Source: Nitrospinota bacterium (lineage in GTDB: Bacteria > Nitrospinota > Nitrospinia > Nitrospinales > VA-1). Taken from it: a stretch of DNA of 43,488 bases. Within the stretch, counting starts at the first letter, position 1. The number at the start of each line of letters is the position of its first letter. This document shows positions 19,721 to 28,499 of the stretch, piece after piece. Made by a program: the position numbers and the translations under genes. The notes beneath the pieces were generated by a model. That model had not been told where the DNA came from. It did not search any database and worked only from the letters and a program-made list of their open reading frames with translations. Location: positions 1 to 43,488 of the forward strand of contig JAYNIA010000021.1 in the NCBI GenBank assembly GCA_038108555.1. The letters run 5' to 3'.

Positions 19721-20230
19721 TTAAGCCTCTGCGCTTTCATAAATTCCGAATCTTTTGAGGTAAGATATAAAAGAAACCACATCGACCAATTCAACGGGTT
19801 CTTCATCGATCGACCGAATAGCTTCATCTGAAAAATAACCGGTAGTAATGAAAATGCCGCGAGAAGCCCCCTCCCCCTTAACCGTATCCAAAAAGCCCTT
19901 AACTTGAATGGCATTTATAGTTTGACCGGGAGGGTCAATGATACAAAGAGCAAGATAAGCACCCCCAACGACGGGAGTCTCATCATTCATTGCTATTTCA
20001 AGTTCATGGTCATTGGCCCAAACCGAATGCACATATTCGAGATTAAATTTCTCAAGGAACTCTACGCATTTCTCTTTGAATGCATCGGGGTCCCTTAGGA
20101 ATTTTGGAACATCGCTGGGACTATCGAAATGGATTTTTTCCTGCGGAGTTGGAGGGGAGACTTTCTTTAAAGAGAAAATTAGGATGATACCAATAATAAA
20201 AGCGCCAAAAGTGATTACGAATATCGCCAC
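19721..20230 (-). CDS. Membrane-anchored Mrr_cat (restriction endonuclease-like) fold protein, catalytic motif degenerate
   Basis: N-terminal TM; C-terminal QVKGFLDTVKGEGASRGIFITTGYFSDEA...VELVD matches Mrr_cat. The D...QxK active site is not present. Confidence 0.72.
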   Translation of the reverse strand: MAIFVITFGAFIIGIILIFSLKKVSPPTPQEKIHFDSPSDVPKFLRDPDAFKEKCVEFLEKFNLEYVHSVWANDHELEIAMNDETPVVGGAYLALCIIDPPGQTINAIQVKGFLDTVKGEGASRGIFITTGYFSDEAIRSIDEEPVELVDVVSFISYLKRFGIYESAEA

Positions 20231-20413
20231 TTACTTTATCATTTCATCCCAAATTTTTTCTTTTTTGCCTTGTTTAATCCACTTGTCATTTGCGATCATT
20301 TGCTTTACCGCAATCCAGAACACCCAGCCCACAAAAATGAGCATGGTTCCAATGGGAATATTGTCAGGTTTGGTTGCGATTAACAGAAAGTTTTCGAGAC
20401 CTGTATTTTCCAT
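20231..20413 (-). CDS. 60-aa single-TM protein, probable small subunit of the Rieske/cytochrome b complex
   Basis: AAGGA RBS before the ATG; KPDNIPI followed by one TM helix; its stop abuts the next start codon. Confidence 0.8.
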   Translation of the reverse strand: MENTGLENFLLIATKPDNIPIGTMLIFVGWVFWIAVKQMIANDKWIKQGKKEKIWDEMIK

Positions 20414-20478
20414 GATTCAATCCTTATCGCAATAGAAGCTTAGTTAATTATATAAATGAAAATTAAGAAGAGGCAATT

Positions 20479-23190
20479 TTATTCGTCCTCTTCCTCCTCT
20501 TCTTCACCTTCGTCACCACCCTCATCGCCACCTTCATCACCGCCTTCATTCTCTTCACCACCGCCTTCACCCAGTGATGCATCGAAATCCAACTCAACAG
20601 AATTATAGGCAACTATCATATCTTTGAGAGTGTTTACCTGCTGGTCCACATCACCTACGGCTTTTATTTCTGAATACTTTGTAGGCACTGTATAGGCATC
20701 TCCAGCTTTGACCCAATGAGACGGCATCGGTGTCCAAGGAATCATTGCTCGGGTATCTTTCAACCATTTTGGTATCCAATCTTGTCGCAGGCGTTTGCTT
20801 GCAAGAGAGAATTCAATACCTTTTTGTCCATCATCATGGCAGCGGCCACAATCCATATAAGTCACCATTTCTGCACCCTTTTGTGCAACGGCTTCGTCTT
20901 TTGACTTATGCACCCCAGCTTCATATTCCGCCCCAGGGGAAAGTGCCTCGAAATAGGCCGTTAAATCCCTAACCTCTTTATCCGTGAAAGAGAACGTCGG
21001 CATTTTTACTTTAATCCAAGTCCTTACCGGGGTTGGGCTGCGTAAGAAAGAATACAGCCAAGAGCTTTTCAGCCGCTCCCCAACATGGTAGTCGCCCATT
21101 TCCAGAGGCGGTGGGTACTGCGCTTTTGCCTTCAGGTATTTCTGTATTTCCCCGCCCTTACCTTCTACATTATGGCAACCCCGACAATTATATTTGGTGA
21201 TAATGCGGCGACCCGTTTCCAAAATCTTTTCTTTTTCGTTCAAGATTTTTCGGTATTTTGCGGGAATATTACTGCCATTGAATCCTTTAAGCAGAACAGC
21301 GAGTGCGTCAATATCGTCATCAGACAAGTGGAAATTCGGCATTTTGTCGAGAACACGTTCTGTCCTGAAAGTATCCGGCTTTCTTAGTTTGGTTTTTGTC
21401 CAAGACTCCCAAGTATGTGGAATATGCGCATCGCCAAATTCGAGCTCTACGATCATCTTGCGTCCAAAGGAGGATAATTCAGGCGCTATGCGTCCTTCTT
21501 TTTCCATGCCCTTAATATCGTGACATGCGAAACAGCCTCGCCTTCGAACTACGGTTTCACCATGCTTGATAACTGCAGGATCTTTTAGCTTAGCCTCGAG
21601 ACCTGGAATGACTTCTTTTTTACCGAATTGGATAAGATAAGCCGCAATGTCCGCCGCTTGATCCTCCTCCAGTCGGAGATCCGGCATTTTACTTTTTGGA
21701 TTGTAGGTGTGAGGTCCACCCACCCAAGTGACCAGCCAATCGGCACTGACTTTATTGCCGATATTGCTCAAGTCAGGAGCGTGTTTTTCGCCCTTTCCAT
21801 TAAGGGTGTGACAGGCTTGACATCCTACCGTTTCAAAAAGTTTTTTCCCTCTTTCCTCATCGCCGCCTTCAAATTTTTTATTTAATTTGTACTTCTTGTC
21901 CGAGACATCCAAAAGATAGGCAGTTGTTCCCAGAAGGTCTTTCTCATTAAAACCGAATTCCGGCATTCGGGTATCGGGCAAATAATCTTTCGGCCTTTTG
22001 ATCCATCGATAGAGCCAGCTTGGGTCTACCTTTGATCCAATACGTAGTAAAGAAGGACCAACTTTTTCCTGATTCGCATACCCGTCTGCCAAGTGACAGC
22101 CATGACATCCCAATTTGATGAATAAACGTTTACCTTTTGAAAGTAACGGAGCCCCTTCAAGGTTTACGACTTCCGCATGACAGTTTCGACAAGTCCCCTG
22201 CTGATAGTCGCCATGCAAAATGGGTTCATTGACTTCAAGAGTCTGATCCATTTCATGATGCGAACCATGGGCATGCTCCGCAGGTGCGGTTGCGGCACCC
22301 TGACCCAAATGACACCATGTACATCCTGTTCTTTCTGGAGGATGCTTTTTAATGAGGATGTCTAAGTTGGGATGGGTCTTTAAGGGTTGTTCAAAGTCTT
22401 TATAATGTTCATCCTGATAGGAAATATGGCACGTCATACACCGGTCCACCCGGTAAATTATTTCTTTAAAACTATTGACGCCAAAACCTGGAATAACCGT
22501 TTGCAGGATTTCAGCCGGGCGCCAAAAGAAAGGGAACGGCTTGTAATAATCCATGGTCAATTCCAACTGGACTTTTTTACGAGTCATGTCGGCGAGTTCT
22601 TTTTCCAGATTGACCTTTTCTGCTTTGTGCTTGAGAAGCCGGTTTTCGGCTTCTTCCAGAATTCTCTGCTTTTCAGCTATGATTGGATCAAATTCTTTTA
22701 CTTTATTTTCCAGGGAATGAAGGGTGGCCTTTTCCACATCATAATTTTCCCCCTCATGCATTGCCTTTTTATAATAGTAGTAGGCTTCATCCACTCGGCT
22801 TCCGGCAAATTTCTTTTGCTCCTTTTGCTCATCAAGGGCAATCTGCTTTAACCGGACTTCTTCAACCAAAGCTGCATAGGTATCGTCTTGCCCAAGCTGA
22901 CTGTCCTGTACGGCGAGTTTCCGGTTTAGTTCCTGCTCCGCATTTGCAATTTCATCATTGATGTTTTTCCACTCTTTTTCAGCAATGGCGTATTGCTCTT
23001 TGAAAAAGGTTTCCTGGTAGGCTTTATATCCACGGCGAGCGTACTCATCATCCCAAAACGCCCATAGGGTGACAAGGAGGGTCGTACCCGCAATCAGGAA
23101 GAAAAGGAAACTGTACGAGGTATGCTCGTCAAATTCACCTTCTTTAAACGCTGGCTGGGTTTCTTCTTCAGCTTTTTCTTCTTCGGCCAA
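20479..23190 (-). CDS. Membrane-anchored octaheme c-type cytochrome
   Basis: Eight CxxCH motifs: CMTCH, CTWCH, CRNCH, CHGCH, CQACH, CFACH, CRGCH, CGRCH. N-terminal TM, coiled coil, acidic tail. Confidence 0.93.
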   Translation of the reverse strand: MAEEEKAEEETQPAFKEGEFDEHTSYSFLFFLIAGTTLLVTLWAFWDDEYARRGYKAYQETFFKEQYAIAEKEWKNINDEIANAEQELNRKLAVQDSQLGQDDTYAALVEEVRLKQIALDEQKEQKKFAGSRVDEAYYYYKKAMHEGENYDVEKATLHSLENKVKEFDPIIAEKQRILEEAENRLLKHKAEKVNLEKELADMTRKKVQLELTMDYYKPFPFFWRPAEILQTVIPGFGVNSFKEIIYRVDRCMTCHISYQDEHYKDFEQPLKTHPNLDILIKKHPPERTGCTWCHLGQGAATAPAEHAHGSHHEMDQTLEVNEPILHGDYQQGTCRNCHAEVVNLEGAPLLSKGKRLFIKLGCHGCHLADGYANQEKVGPSLLRIGSKVDPSWLYRWIKRPKDYLPDTRMPEFGFNEKDLLGTTAYLLDVSDKKYKLNKKFEGGDEERGKKLFETVGCQACHTLNGKGEKHAPDLSNIGNKVSADWLVTWVGGPHTYNPKSKMPDLRLEEDQAADIAAYLIQFGKKEVIPGLEAKLKDPAVIKHGETVVRRRGCFACHDIKGMEKEGRIAPELSSFGRKMIVELEFGDAHIPHTWESWTKTKLRKPDTFRTERVLDKMPNFHLSDDDIDALAVLLKGFNGSNIPAKYRKILNEKEKILETGRRIITKYNCRGCHNVEGKGGEIQKYLKAKAQYPPPLEMGDYHVGERLKSSWLYSFLRSPTPVRTWIKVKMPTFSFTDKEVRDLTAYFEALSPGAEYEAGVHKSKDEAVAQKGAEMVTYMDCGRCHDDGQKGIEFSLASKRLRQDWIPKWLKDTRAMIPWTPMPSHWVKAGDAYTVPTKYSEIKAVGDVDQQVNTLKDMIVAYNSVELDFDASLGEGGGEENEGGDEGGDEGGDEGEEEEEEDE
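20482..20572 (-). repeat. Coding low-complexity repeat, (EGGD)x3 plus poly-Glu
   Basis: GEGGGEENEGGDEGGDEGGDEGEEEEEEDE, encoded by degenerate 12-nt units. Confidence 0.8.
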
Positions 23191-23224
23191 TGTATTTCTC
23201 TATTAAATATTCAGTACTTGGTTG

Positions 23225-23983
23225 CTAAACACTAATCCAGGGAGTGACCATAATGTATTTGATGTTAAAACCAATTCGCAGAACGATTTTAATAACAATT
23301 CCAATCATTATGAGTATCAATTGAATCTTTAAGAACATTCTAAGGAAACCCACGGATTTGAGAGCTTTTCTCTCCATGAAAAAATACGCACCTGTCCCTA
23401 TACCAAAGTAGGCAAGGAGCACCCCACCCCCAAAAATAGCGGACCAGGTGTAATCCCTAAATCCAAACGCATAGGGAAGATCAACATTTACCAGTGCCAC
23501 AACTTTATGTGGATCCCAGTATTGCCAGGGCATGAACAGATTCCACCCAGGCCCCCTTAGAAATACTCCCATGATGATCAATGCAATCCACAAAACGAGA
23601 AAACCAAAACAGTAAATCCAGATCGCAACCTTTCGCTCATGGTAAGTGTAGTATCCGTTTCCTTTTGGATTTACATCCAAATAGGGAATCAGCATTAGCC
23701 CCACAATAATCAGAACAGGGGCCACCACACCTGCGAACCAGGGATCAAAATAAACCAGAATGTCTTGAAGGCCCAAGAAATACCAAGGCGCTTTTGATGG
23801 ATTTGGAGTCTTGGTGGGATTCGCCGCTTCTTCAAGCGGTGCATCAATAACAATAGACCAGACGGCGAGCGCTATAATTACAACCAGCGCGCAGAGAAAC
23901 TCCAAACGTACCAGATAGGGCCAAACGTGAAGCTTCTCGGGAACTTCGGGTATCTTCTTTTTAGGTGATGCAGCCTCGGCCAT
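23225..23983 (-). CDS. Cytochrome b C-terminal half (b6f subunit IV / PetD-like)
   Basis: WPYLV, ANPTKTPNPSKAPWYFLG (PEWY position), IPYLD; about 5 TM helices. Confidence 0.9.
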   Translation of the reverse strand: MAEAASPKKKIPEVPEKLHVWPYLVRLEFLCALVVIIALAVWSIVIDAPLEEAANPTKTPNPSKAPWYFLGLQDILVYFDPWFAGVVAPVLIIVGLMLIPYLDVNPKGNGYYTYHERKVAIWIYCFGFLVLWIALIIMGVFLRGPGWNLFMPWQYWDPHKVVALVNVDLPYAFGFRDYTWSAIFGGGVLLAYFGIGTGAYFFMERKALKSVGFLRMFLKIQLILIMIGIVIKIVLRIGFNIKYIMVTPWISV

Positions 23984-24015
23984 AAATAAAATCCGTAAAA
24001 ATAGTCAAAAAATTC

Positions 24016-24846
24016 TTAGAGAGGGCCTGATATTCCGCCGTCCTTACGTATTCTCCAAAAGTGAACGATCATCAAGGCACCCGCAATAAGCGGAATAAAG
24101 ATACAATGCAATACATAAAACCTTAATAGAGCCGGAGGTCCAACCAGACTACCACCTATTAATAGTGCCCTTGCATCATACCTGGGCGTCACACCCACAA
24201 ACTCCGCAAAGGGCCCCTCATTTCCAAGGAAAGGTGTGGCCCTTGCCATATTAGTTCCAACCGTAACCGCCCACATAGCCAATTGATCCCAGGGAAGAAG
24301 ATAACCAGTAAAGCTTAATAGCAGGGTAAAGGTTACAAGAAATACACCAATAACCCAATTGAATTCCCTGGGTGGTTTATAGGAACCCGTTAAAAATACC
24401 CTAAACATATGCAGCCAAACGGTAATAACCATAGCATGGGCCGCCCACCGGTGCATATTCCTCATCAACATTCCGAAGGGAACATCGTATTGGAGGTATT
24501 TCATGTCATAGTACGCATACTCTCCCACAGGCCGGTAATAGAACATCAATATGACGCCGGTCACTACCGTTGATAAAAACAGGAGAAATGTGATTCCGCC
24601 CATACACCATGTAAACTTAATTCGAAGAGCATGGCGGTGCATTTTAACCGGATGCAGGTGAAGCCAGACATTACTGGCAATCTGCAAAACACGGTTACGC
24701 GGGGTATCTGCATACCCATGCCTGAAGGTGGAAGTCCACAACTGAGATTCAGTGATTTCTTTTGCTATTTCACTGAAAATTTTTCCACTTTTTATTTTAT
24801 CCATCAGTTCCGCAATATTCGGAATCTGAGGTGCCTTGTTAGCCAA
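24016..24846 (-). CDS. petB: Cytochrome b6-like N-terminal subunit
   Basis: [16 protein letters not shown]...[26 protein letters not shown]-x14-HF, C-terminal GISGPL. Confidence 0.92.
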   Translation of the reverse strand: MANKAPQIPNIAELMDKIKSGKIFSEIAKEITESQLWTSTFRHGYADTPRNRVLQIASNVWLHLHPVKMHRHALRIKFTWCMGGITFLLFLSTVVTGVILMFYYRPVGEYAYYDMKYLQYDVPFGMLMRNMHRWAAHAMVITVWLHMFRVFLTGSYKPPREFNWVIGVFLVTFTLLLSFTGYLLPWDQLAMWAVTVGTNMARATPFLGNEGPFAEFVGVTPRYDARALLIGGSLVGPPALLRFYVLHCIFIPLIAGALMIVHFWRIRKDGGISGPL

Positions 24847-24922
24847 AAATCAATCCTCCATCAAATAATGGATATTTGCATTCAACGAAGAGAAAAACAA
24901 TGCCGGTTGTCAGCAGCATTAC

Positions 24923-25444
24923 TTAGACCAGAAGCTTCGCTCCTGGATCACCCCATTGACCTTTTTCACCTAGAAACTTTTTACTTTTATCAACAATGAT
25001 CTGGCCATCGGGTCCCAATGAAATTTTCAGACGTTCCAATGGCCGGGGAGCAGGTCCCTCAAAGTTAACACCCTCTTTGGTAAATCCGCTACCGTGACAG
25101 GGACATTTATATTTGCTTTCAGTATTCAACCATCTGGGAGTACAACCTAGATGGGTACAAAGCCCATAAACAACGTAAATTCCTTCCTCATCACGAACAA
25201 TCCAGACTCGTTGATCTTTAATATATTTGGTACTTACCGCACCTACAGTGTAGTCACTGGGATAACCGGCTTTGAATATGGGAGAGGGCTCAAACAGAAC
25301 TCTTGGAAATAATAGCCTGGCAAAATAAAGTGAGGAGAGGCCCAGAGCCGCCATAAAACTTCCCCACCCCGCCAAAGAGAAAAAATCACGCCGTGACCAA
25401 ATAGTATCTACTTCTGCTTCTTTTTTATCTTTATCTTCAGCCAT
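24923..25444 (-). CDS. Rieske 2Fe-2S subunit of a quinol:cytochrome c oxidoreductase
   Basis: Tat motif SRRDFF plus TM anchor; CTHLGC, CPCHGSGF, GPAPRPL. Confidence 0.95.
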   Translation of the reverse strand: MAEDKDKKEAEVDTIWSRRDFFSLAGWGSFMAALGLSSLYFARLLFPRVLFEPSPIFKAGYPSDYTVGAVSTKYIKDQRVWIVRDEEGIYVVYGLCTHLGCTPRWLNTESKYKCPCHGSGFTKEGVNFEGPAPRPLERLKISLGPDGQIIVDKSKKFLGEKGQWGDPGAKLLV

Positions 25445-25532
25445 TTCGAATCTCTTAAATCCAAATATTTTAAGGGTTCAATGGTTTTTTAACAGTTCAA
25501 AGAATGCTGCAAAAGCATTGTCAAAGTGTTGG

Positions 25533-25561
25533 TTTTTAACATAATTAAAATATCGAGTCAA
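25533..25561 (-). promoter_or_regulatory. Possible sigma-70 promoter for the Rieske/cytochrome b operon
   Basis: TTGACT-N17-TAAAAA on the minus strand; the -10 match is weak. Confidence 0.35.
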
Positions 25562-25593
25562 GGCAAGAAGTTTTCCTGTTTTTAGCCTCAGAT

Positions 25594-26904
25594 TTATCCA
25601 GATTTCATAGATTTAAGGCATGCCCGAGCGGCCTCACAAAATTCTTGAAAACGTGTTCCTTCGAGGCTGCTGGAATTGGCCAGATTGGCCACAGTGACCC
25701 CCTTTTTTATCAATAATAGAATCATGGGAATCAGCTCCCCTGCCTGTTGGGATAATATTTGCGCCCCTACAACTGATTTAGACCTTTTGTCAGCAATAAT
25801 TTTAAAAGTTTCCGCCTCCAAGTCCTCAAAACTATTTTTATCATTAATCCCTTCCACGGGATGAAATCCCCTTTGCATGGCTCCTTCTATGGAGCATCCC
25901 ACATAGCCCATATTCTGTGCCAACCTGCAAAAAACAGGGACCCAATCAGGATTCAACTGGCGTTTTTTACCCATCGAATTTTCGGCAGCAACTTTTCCCT
26001 GTTCTTGCGACATCGAATCAACGCCCCTTGTTCCAGTAATACTCCCCACCCCATAAACATTGGGAATACTCGACATCATCAAGTCATCCACCAGAATTTC
26101 CCCTTTCCTACCGAGTCGGGCTCCCAAACTTTCAGCAACTTTGTTTTGCTCCAATCCTTTCCTTTGATCGACCATGACAATCAAGTCGACTGTGAACTTC
26201 ACCCCTGTTTCAAGGGTAATCTCCAGATTGGTACCATTCTTAAAATAGGAAATAATTTTCTTATTCAATAATACTTTGATCTTCCTGCTTTTTAGCTGAG
26301 CTTCTATTTTGGAATTAAATTCCGGGTCCAGTTCAGGAAAAATTTCGGAAGAATCTGCACACAAAAAAACTTTGCAACCGAATTTCTGAAAACCTATAGC
26401 GGCCTCTGCGCCCCATTTACCAGAGCCAACGACCAGGACTTTTTCAGGAAGTTTTTCTAATTGTGGTATCTCGTCAATAGAAATTATGATGTTTTCTTCA
26501 CGGGGAATTGTTGGGGAAAAGAAGGGTTCGGAACCACAGGCAAGTATCAAGGCTTTACCCTTATAGATTTCGCTCTTGCTTTCTTCCTGAACTAATATTT
26601 CATTTGGGCTTGCCAGACTCCCCTCACCTTTTATCAAATTAATGCCTGCGTTTTTTAGTTTTGATTCCAGCTTTTGTGAGTAGGCATCAGCCAATTTATT
26701 TTTAATTTTTAATTCTTCTTTCCAGTCATTGGGTTCATTTGAACTTTCATCTTCAGAAAGCAATACATTCCTTCTCAGAAACCCTTTTCTTGCCACTGAT
26801 TCTTTTTCAATCAGGCAGACCTCCCCCCCCAGTTCCTTAGCTCTTAAAGCGGCACGACTCCCCGAAAGCCCACCCCCCAACACCACAACATCAAATTCCG
26901 CCAT
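25594..26904 (-). CDS. Dihydrolipoamide-dehydrogenase-like FAD/NAD(P) oxidoreductase lacking the redox disulfide
   Basis: FAD GxGxxG (VLGGGLSG), ILACGSEP, NAD(P) motif VVGSGKWGAE, C-terminal dimerisation domain. No CxxxxC and no HPT. Confidence 0.85.
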   Translation of the reverse strand: MAEFDVVVLGGGLSGSRAALRAKELGGEVCLIEKESVARKGFLRRNVLLSEDESSNEPNDWKEELKIKNKLADAYSQKLESKLKNAGINLIKGEGSLASPNEILVQEESKSEIYKGKALILACGSEPFFSPTIPREENIIISIDEIPQLEKLPEKVLVVGSGKWGAEAAIGFQKFGCKVFLCADSSEIFPELDPEFNSKIEAQLKSRKIKVLLNKKIISYFKNGTNLEITLETGVKFTVDLIVMVDQRKGLEQNKVAESLGARLGRKGEILVDDLMMSSIPNVYGVGSITGTRGVDSMSQEQGKVAAENSMGKKRQLNPDWVPVFCRLAQNMGYVGCSIEGAMQRGFHPVEGINDKNSFEDLEAETFKIIADKRSKSVVGAQILSQQAGELIPMILLLIKKGVTVANLANSSSLEGTRFQEFCEAARACLKSMKSG

Positions 26905-26967
26905 CGAATGTTATCTCTTTATAAGAAAATTAATATCGAGGTATTAGTTTACACCAACCTGTTTGAA

Positions 26968-27324
26968 TCAAAATAAATTAGTGAATGCAACCAGTCCCAC
27001 CAGCACCAGTCCTATAGAAGAAATCACCGCGTGAAGAGTCACATTGAGTCGCTTGCTCAGAGGAACAATTAATAACAGGTAACCAAAGACAACATAGTTC
27101 AGAACTGAGTTTTGACTATCAAAATGTTTTTGGATGAGGAACAATATGAAACTGATTACAACCGAACCGTGAACGACACGATGAAGACCATACCGTTTCT
27201 TGCGGTTATCACTCGGTAACATACTGACGCCAATCATAACATTGGCTATAGTCAGCAGGAATGCTATAAAAATGGTTAAAAAACTTTGGGAAGAGAATAA
27301 TCCTTCAAGGGTGGTGGGAGGCAT
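26968..27324 (-). CDS. Small 4-TM membrane hypothetical protein
   Basis: 118 aa, four hydrophobic segments, His residues in or near the helices. Confidence 0.7.
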   Translation of the reverse strand: MPPTTLEGLFSSQSFLTIFIAFLLTIANVMIGVSMLPSDNRKKRYGLHRVVHGSVVISFILFLIQKHFDSQNSVLNYVVFGYLLLIVPLSKRLNVTLHAVISSIGLVLVGLVAFTNLF

Positions 27325-27355
27325 TGTCCAAGATTAAATTAAGACAAAGAGTAAA

Positions 27356-28363
27356 TCAAATATCTAGAACAACCCGGTTTCTACCGGTTTCTTTTGCTTT
27401 GTATAAAGCAGTATCCGCTCTTTCAAACAAGGTGGTTTCAGTGTCTTTTTCGTTAATGATAGCTGCTCCAATACTCATAGTTACCTGTAGTTTTTTGTCA
27501 CCATCAACGTAATAATCCCTTTCGATGGCTTTACGGATTTTTTCTGACAAAGCTTTGGTTGACTCAACATTAATGCGGCTTAAAATTACCACAAACTCCT
27601 CACCCCCGTATCTAAACACATGATCGCTGACACGGATCGAATTTGAAATTGTTCCCGCGACAGATTTCAACACCTTGTCACCGGTCTTGTGACCGTAGGT
27701 GTCATTGAACTGTTTGAAATGGTCAATATCCAGGACCATAAGAGCCCAGTCTTCTTTATACCTTTGATACTCATGAACCATTTGAACGATTTTTAAATTA
27801 TAGGCGTTTCGGTTTAATACATTGGTAAGCGAATCAACCAACGCTTTGGCTTCTGATTCTTCAAGTTTCTTGGAAAGCTTTTCCGTAGCCACACGATGTT
27901 TCTCAAGTTCTTCATACAAGGAACGGGAATGGTCGCGCGCTTTTTGCATCTCACTCACAAGAAAATCTTTTACCGTAACAATATCCTGAATGGTTTCGGC
28001 CTTTTGCACCTTGTCGACACATTCACTGATTCCTTCGTCAAAATCTCCCGAACTGGATATCATGGATTTAATGGTTTCCACGACCTCAAGAACCATTGTC
28101 TTTACGATTTCCTTTTCCTCACCAGCAAACTTTTGTTCCAGGATTAACCGATCGAAATAGTCTACAATGGTTTTATCCAGTTCCGTGGGAGGGGTAACCC
28201 TGACTCCCTTTCTTACAACGGCAGCCATATCATCCAGTTGCTTCCTCAGGTTGTCGCCTTCAGGGAGGGGTTTGGTGGCACCCTGGATCAGGGTTAGCAA
28301 TAACCGGGCGATCCGTCCGGTAAATTCTGCTGGAACTGGAGCTTCCTCCTTCTTTTTCGCCAT
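27356..28363 (-). CDS. Soluble diguanylate cyclase (helical N-terminus plus GGDEF domain)
   Basis: DSLTNVLNR, DIDHFKQFNDTYGH, I-site RVSD, RYGGEEF, ADTALYKAK. Confidence 0.93.
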   Translation of the reverse strand: MAKKKEEAPVPAEFTGRIARLLLTLIQGATKPLPEGDNLRKQLDDMAAVVRKGVRVTPPTELDKTIVDYFDRLILEQKFAGEEKEIVKTMVLEVVETIKSMISSSGDFDEGISECVDKVQKAETIQDIVTVKDFLVSEMQKARDHSRSLYEELEKHRVATEKLSKKLEESEAKALVDSLTNVLNRNAYNLKIVQMVHEYQRYKEDWALMVLDIDHFKQFNDTYGHKTGDKVLKSVAGTISNSIRVSDHVFRYGGEEFVVILSRINVESTKALSEKIRKAIERDYYVDGDKKLQVTMSIGAAIINEKDTETTLFERADTALYKAKETGRNRVVLDI

Positions 28364-28405
28364 TGTTTAGTTTTTAACTTTATGGTTTTGATTATTTAAA
28401 GTAGG

Positions 28406-28490
28406 TGGTGCCGATGGGGAGAGTCGAACTCCCACGGATTGCTCCATACGCCCCTCAAGCGCACGTGTCTACCAGTTCCACCACATCGGC
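28406..28490 (-). tRNA. tRNA-Leu(GAG)
   Basis: GCCGATG/CATCGGC acceptor stem with encoded ACCA, D-loop TGGTAGAC, anticodon loop TTGAGGG, long variable arm, GTTCGA T-loop; 85 nt; usual position after secG. Confidence 0.96.
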
Positions 28491-28499
28491 AGTTTAATT

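Noticed and set aside
19721..20230. Active type IV restriction or anti-phage system
   Set aside because: Catalytic motif is degenerate and there are no neighbouring defence genes.
20482..20572. 12-nt periodic repeat as a CRISPR or VNTR element
   Set aside because: It varies at synonymous positions and encodes the acidic tail; there are no spacers.
20479..23190. HAO/ONR-type catalytic octaheme protein
   Set aside because: Heme spacing and five Met-ligand class-I repeats indicate an electron carrier, not the HAO fold.
25594..26904. Calling this gene lpdA
   Set aside because: Lacks the CxxxxC disulfide and the His-Glu dyad; no 2-oxoacid dehydrogenase or glycine cleavage genes nearby.
25594..28490. 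Genomic island integrated at tRNA-Leu
   Set aside because: No integrase, no visible duplicate of the tRNA 3' end and no obvious composition shift.
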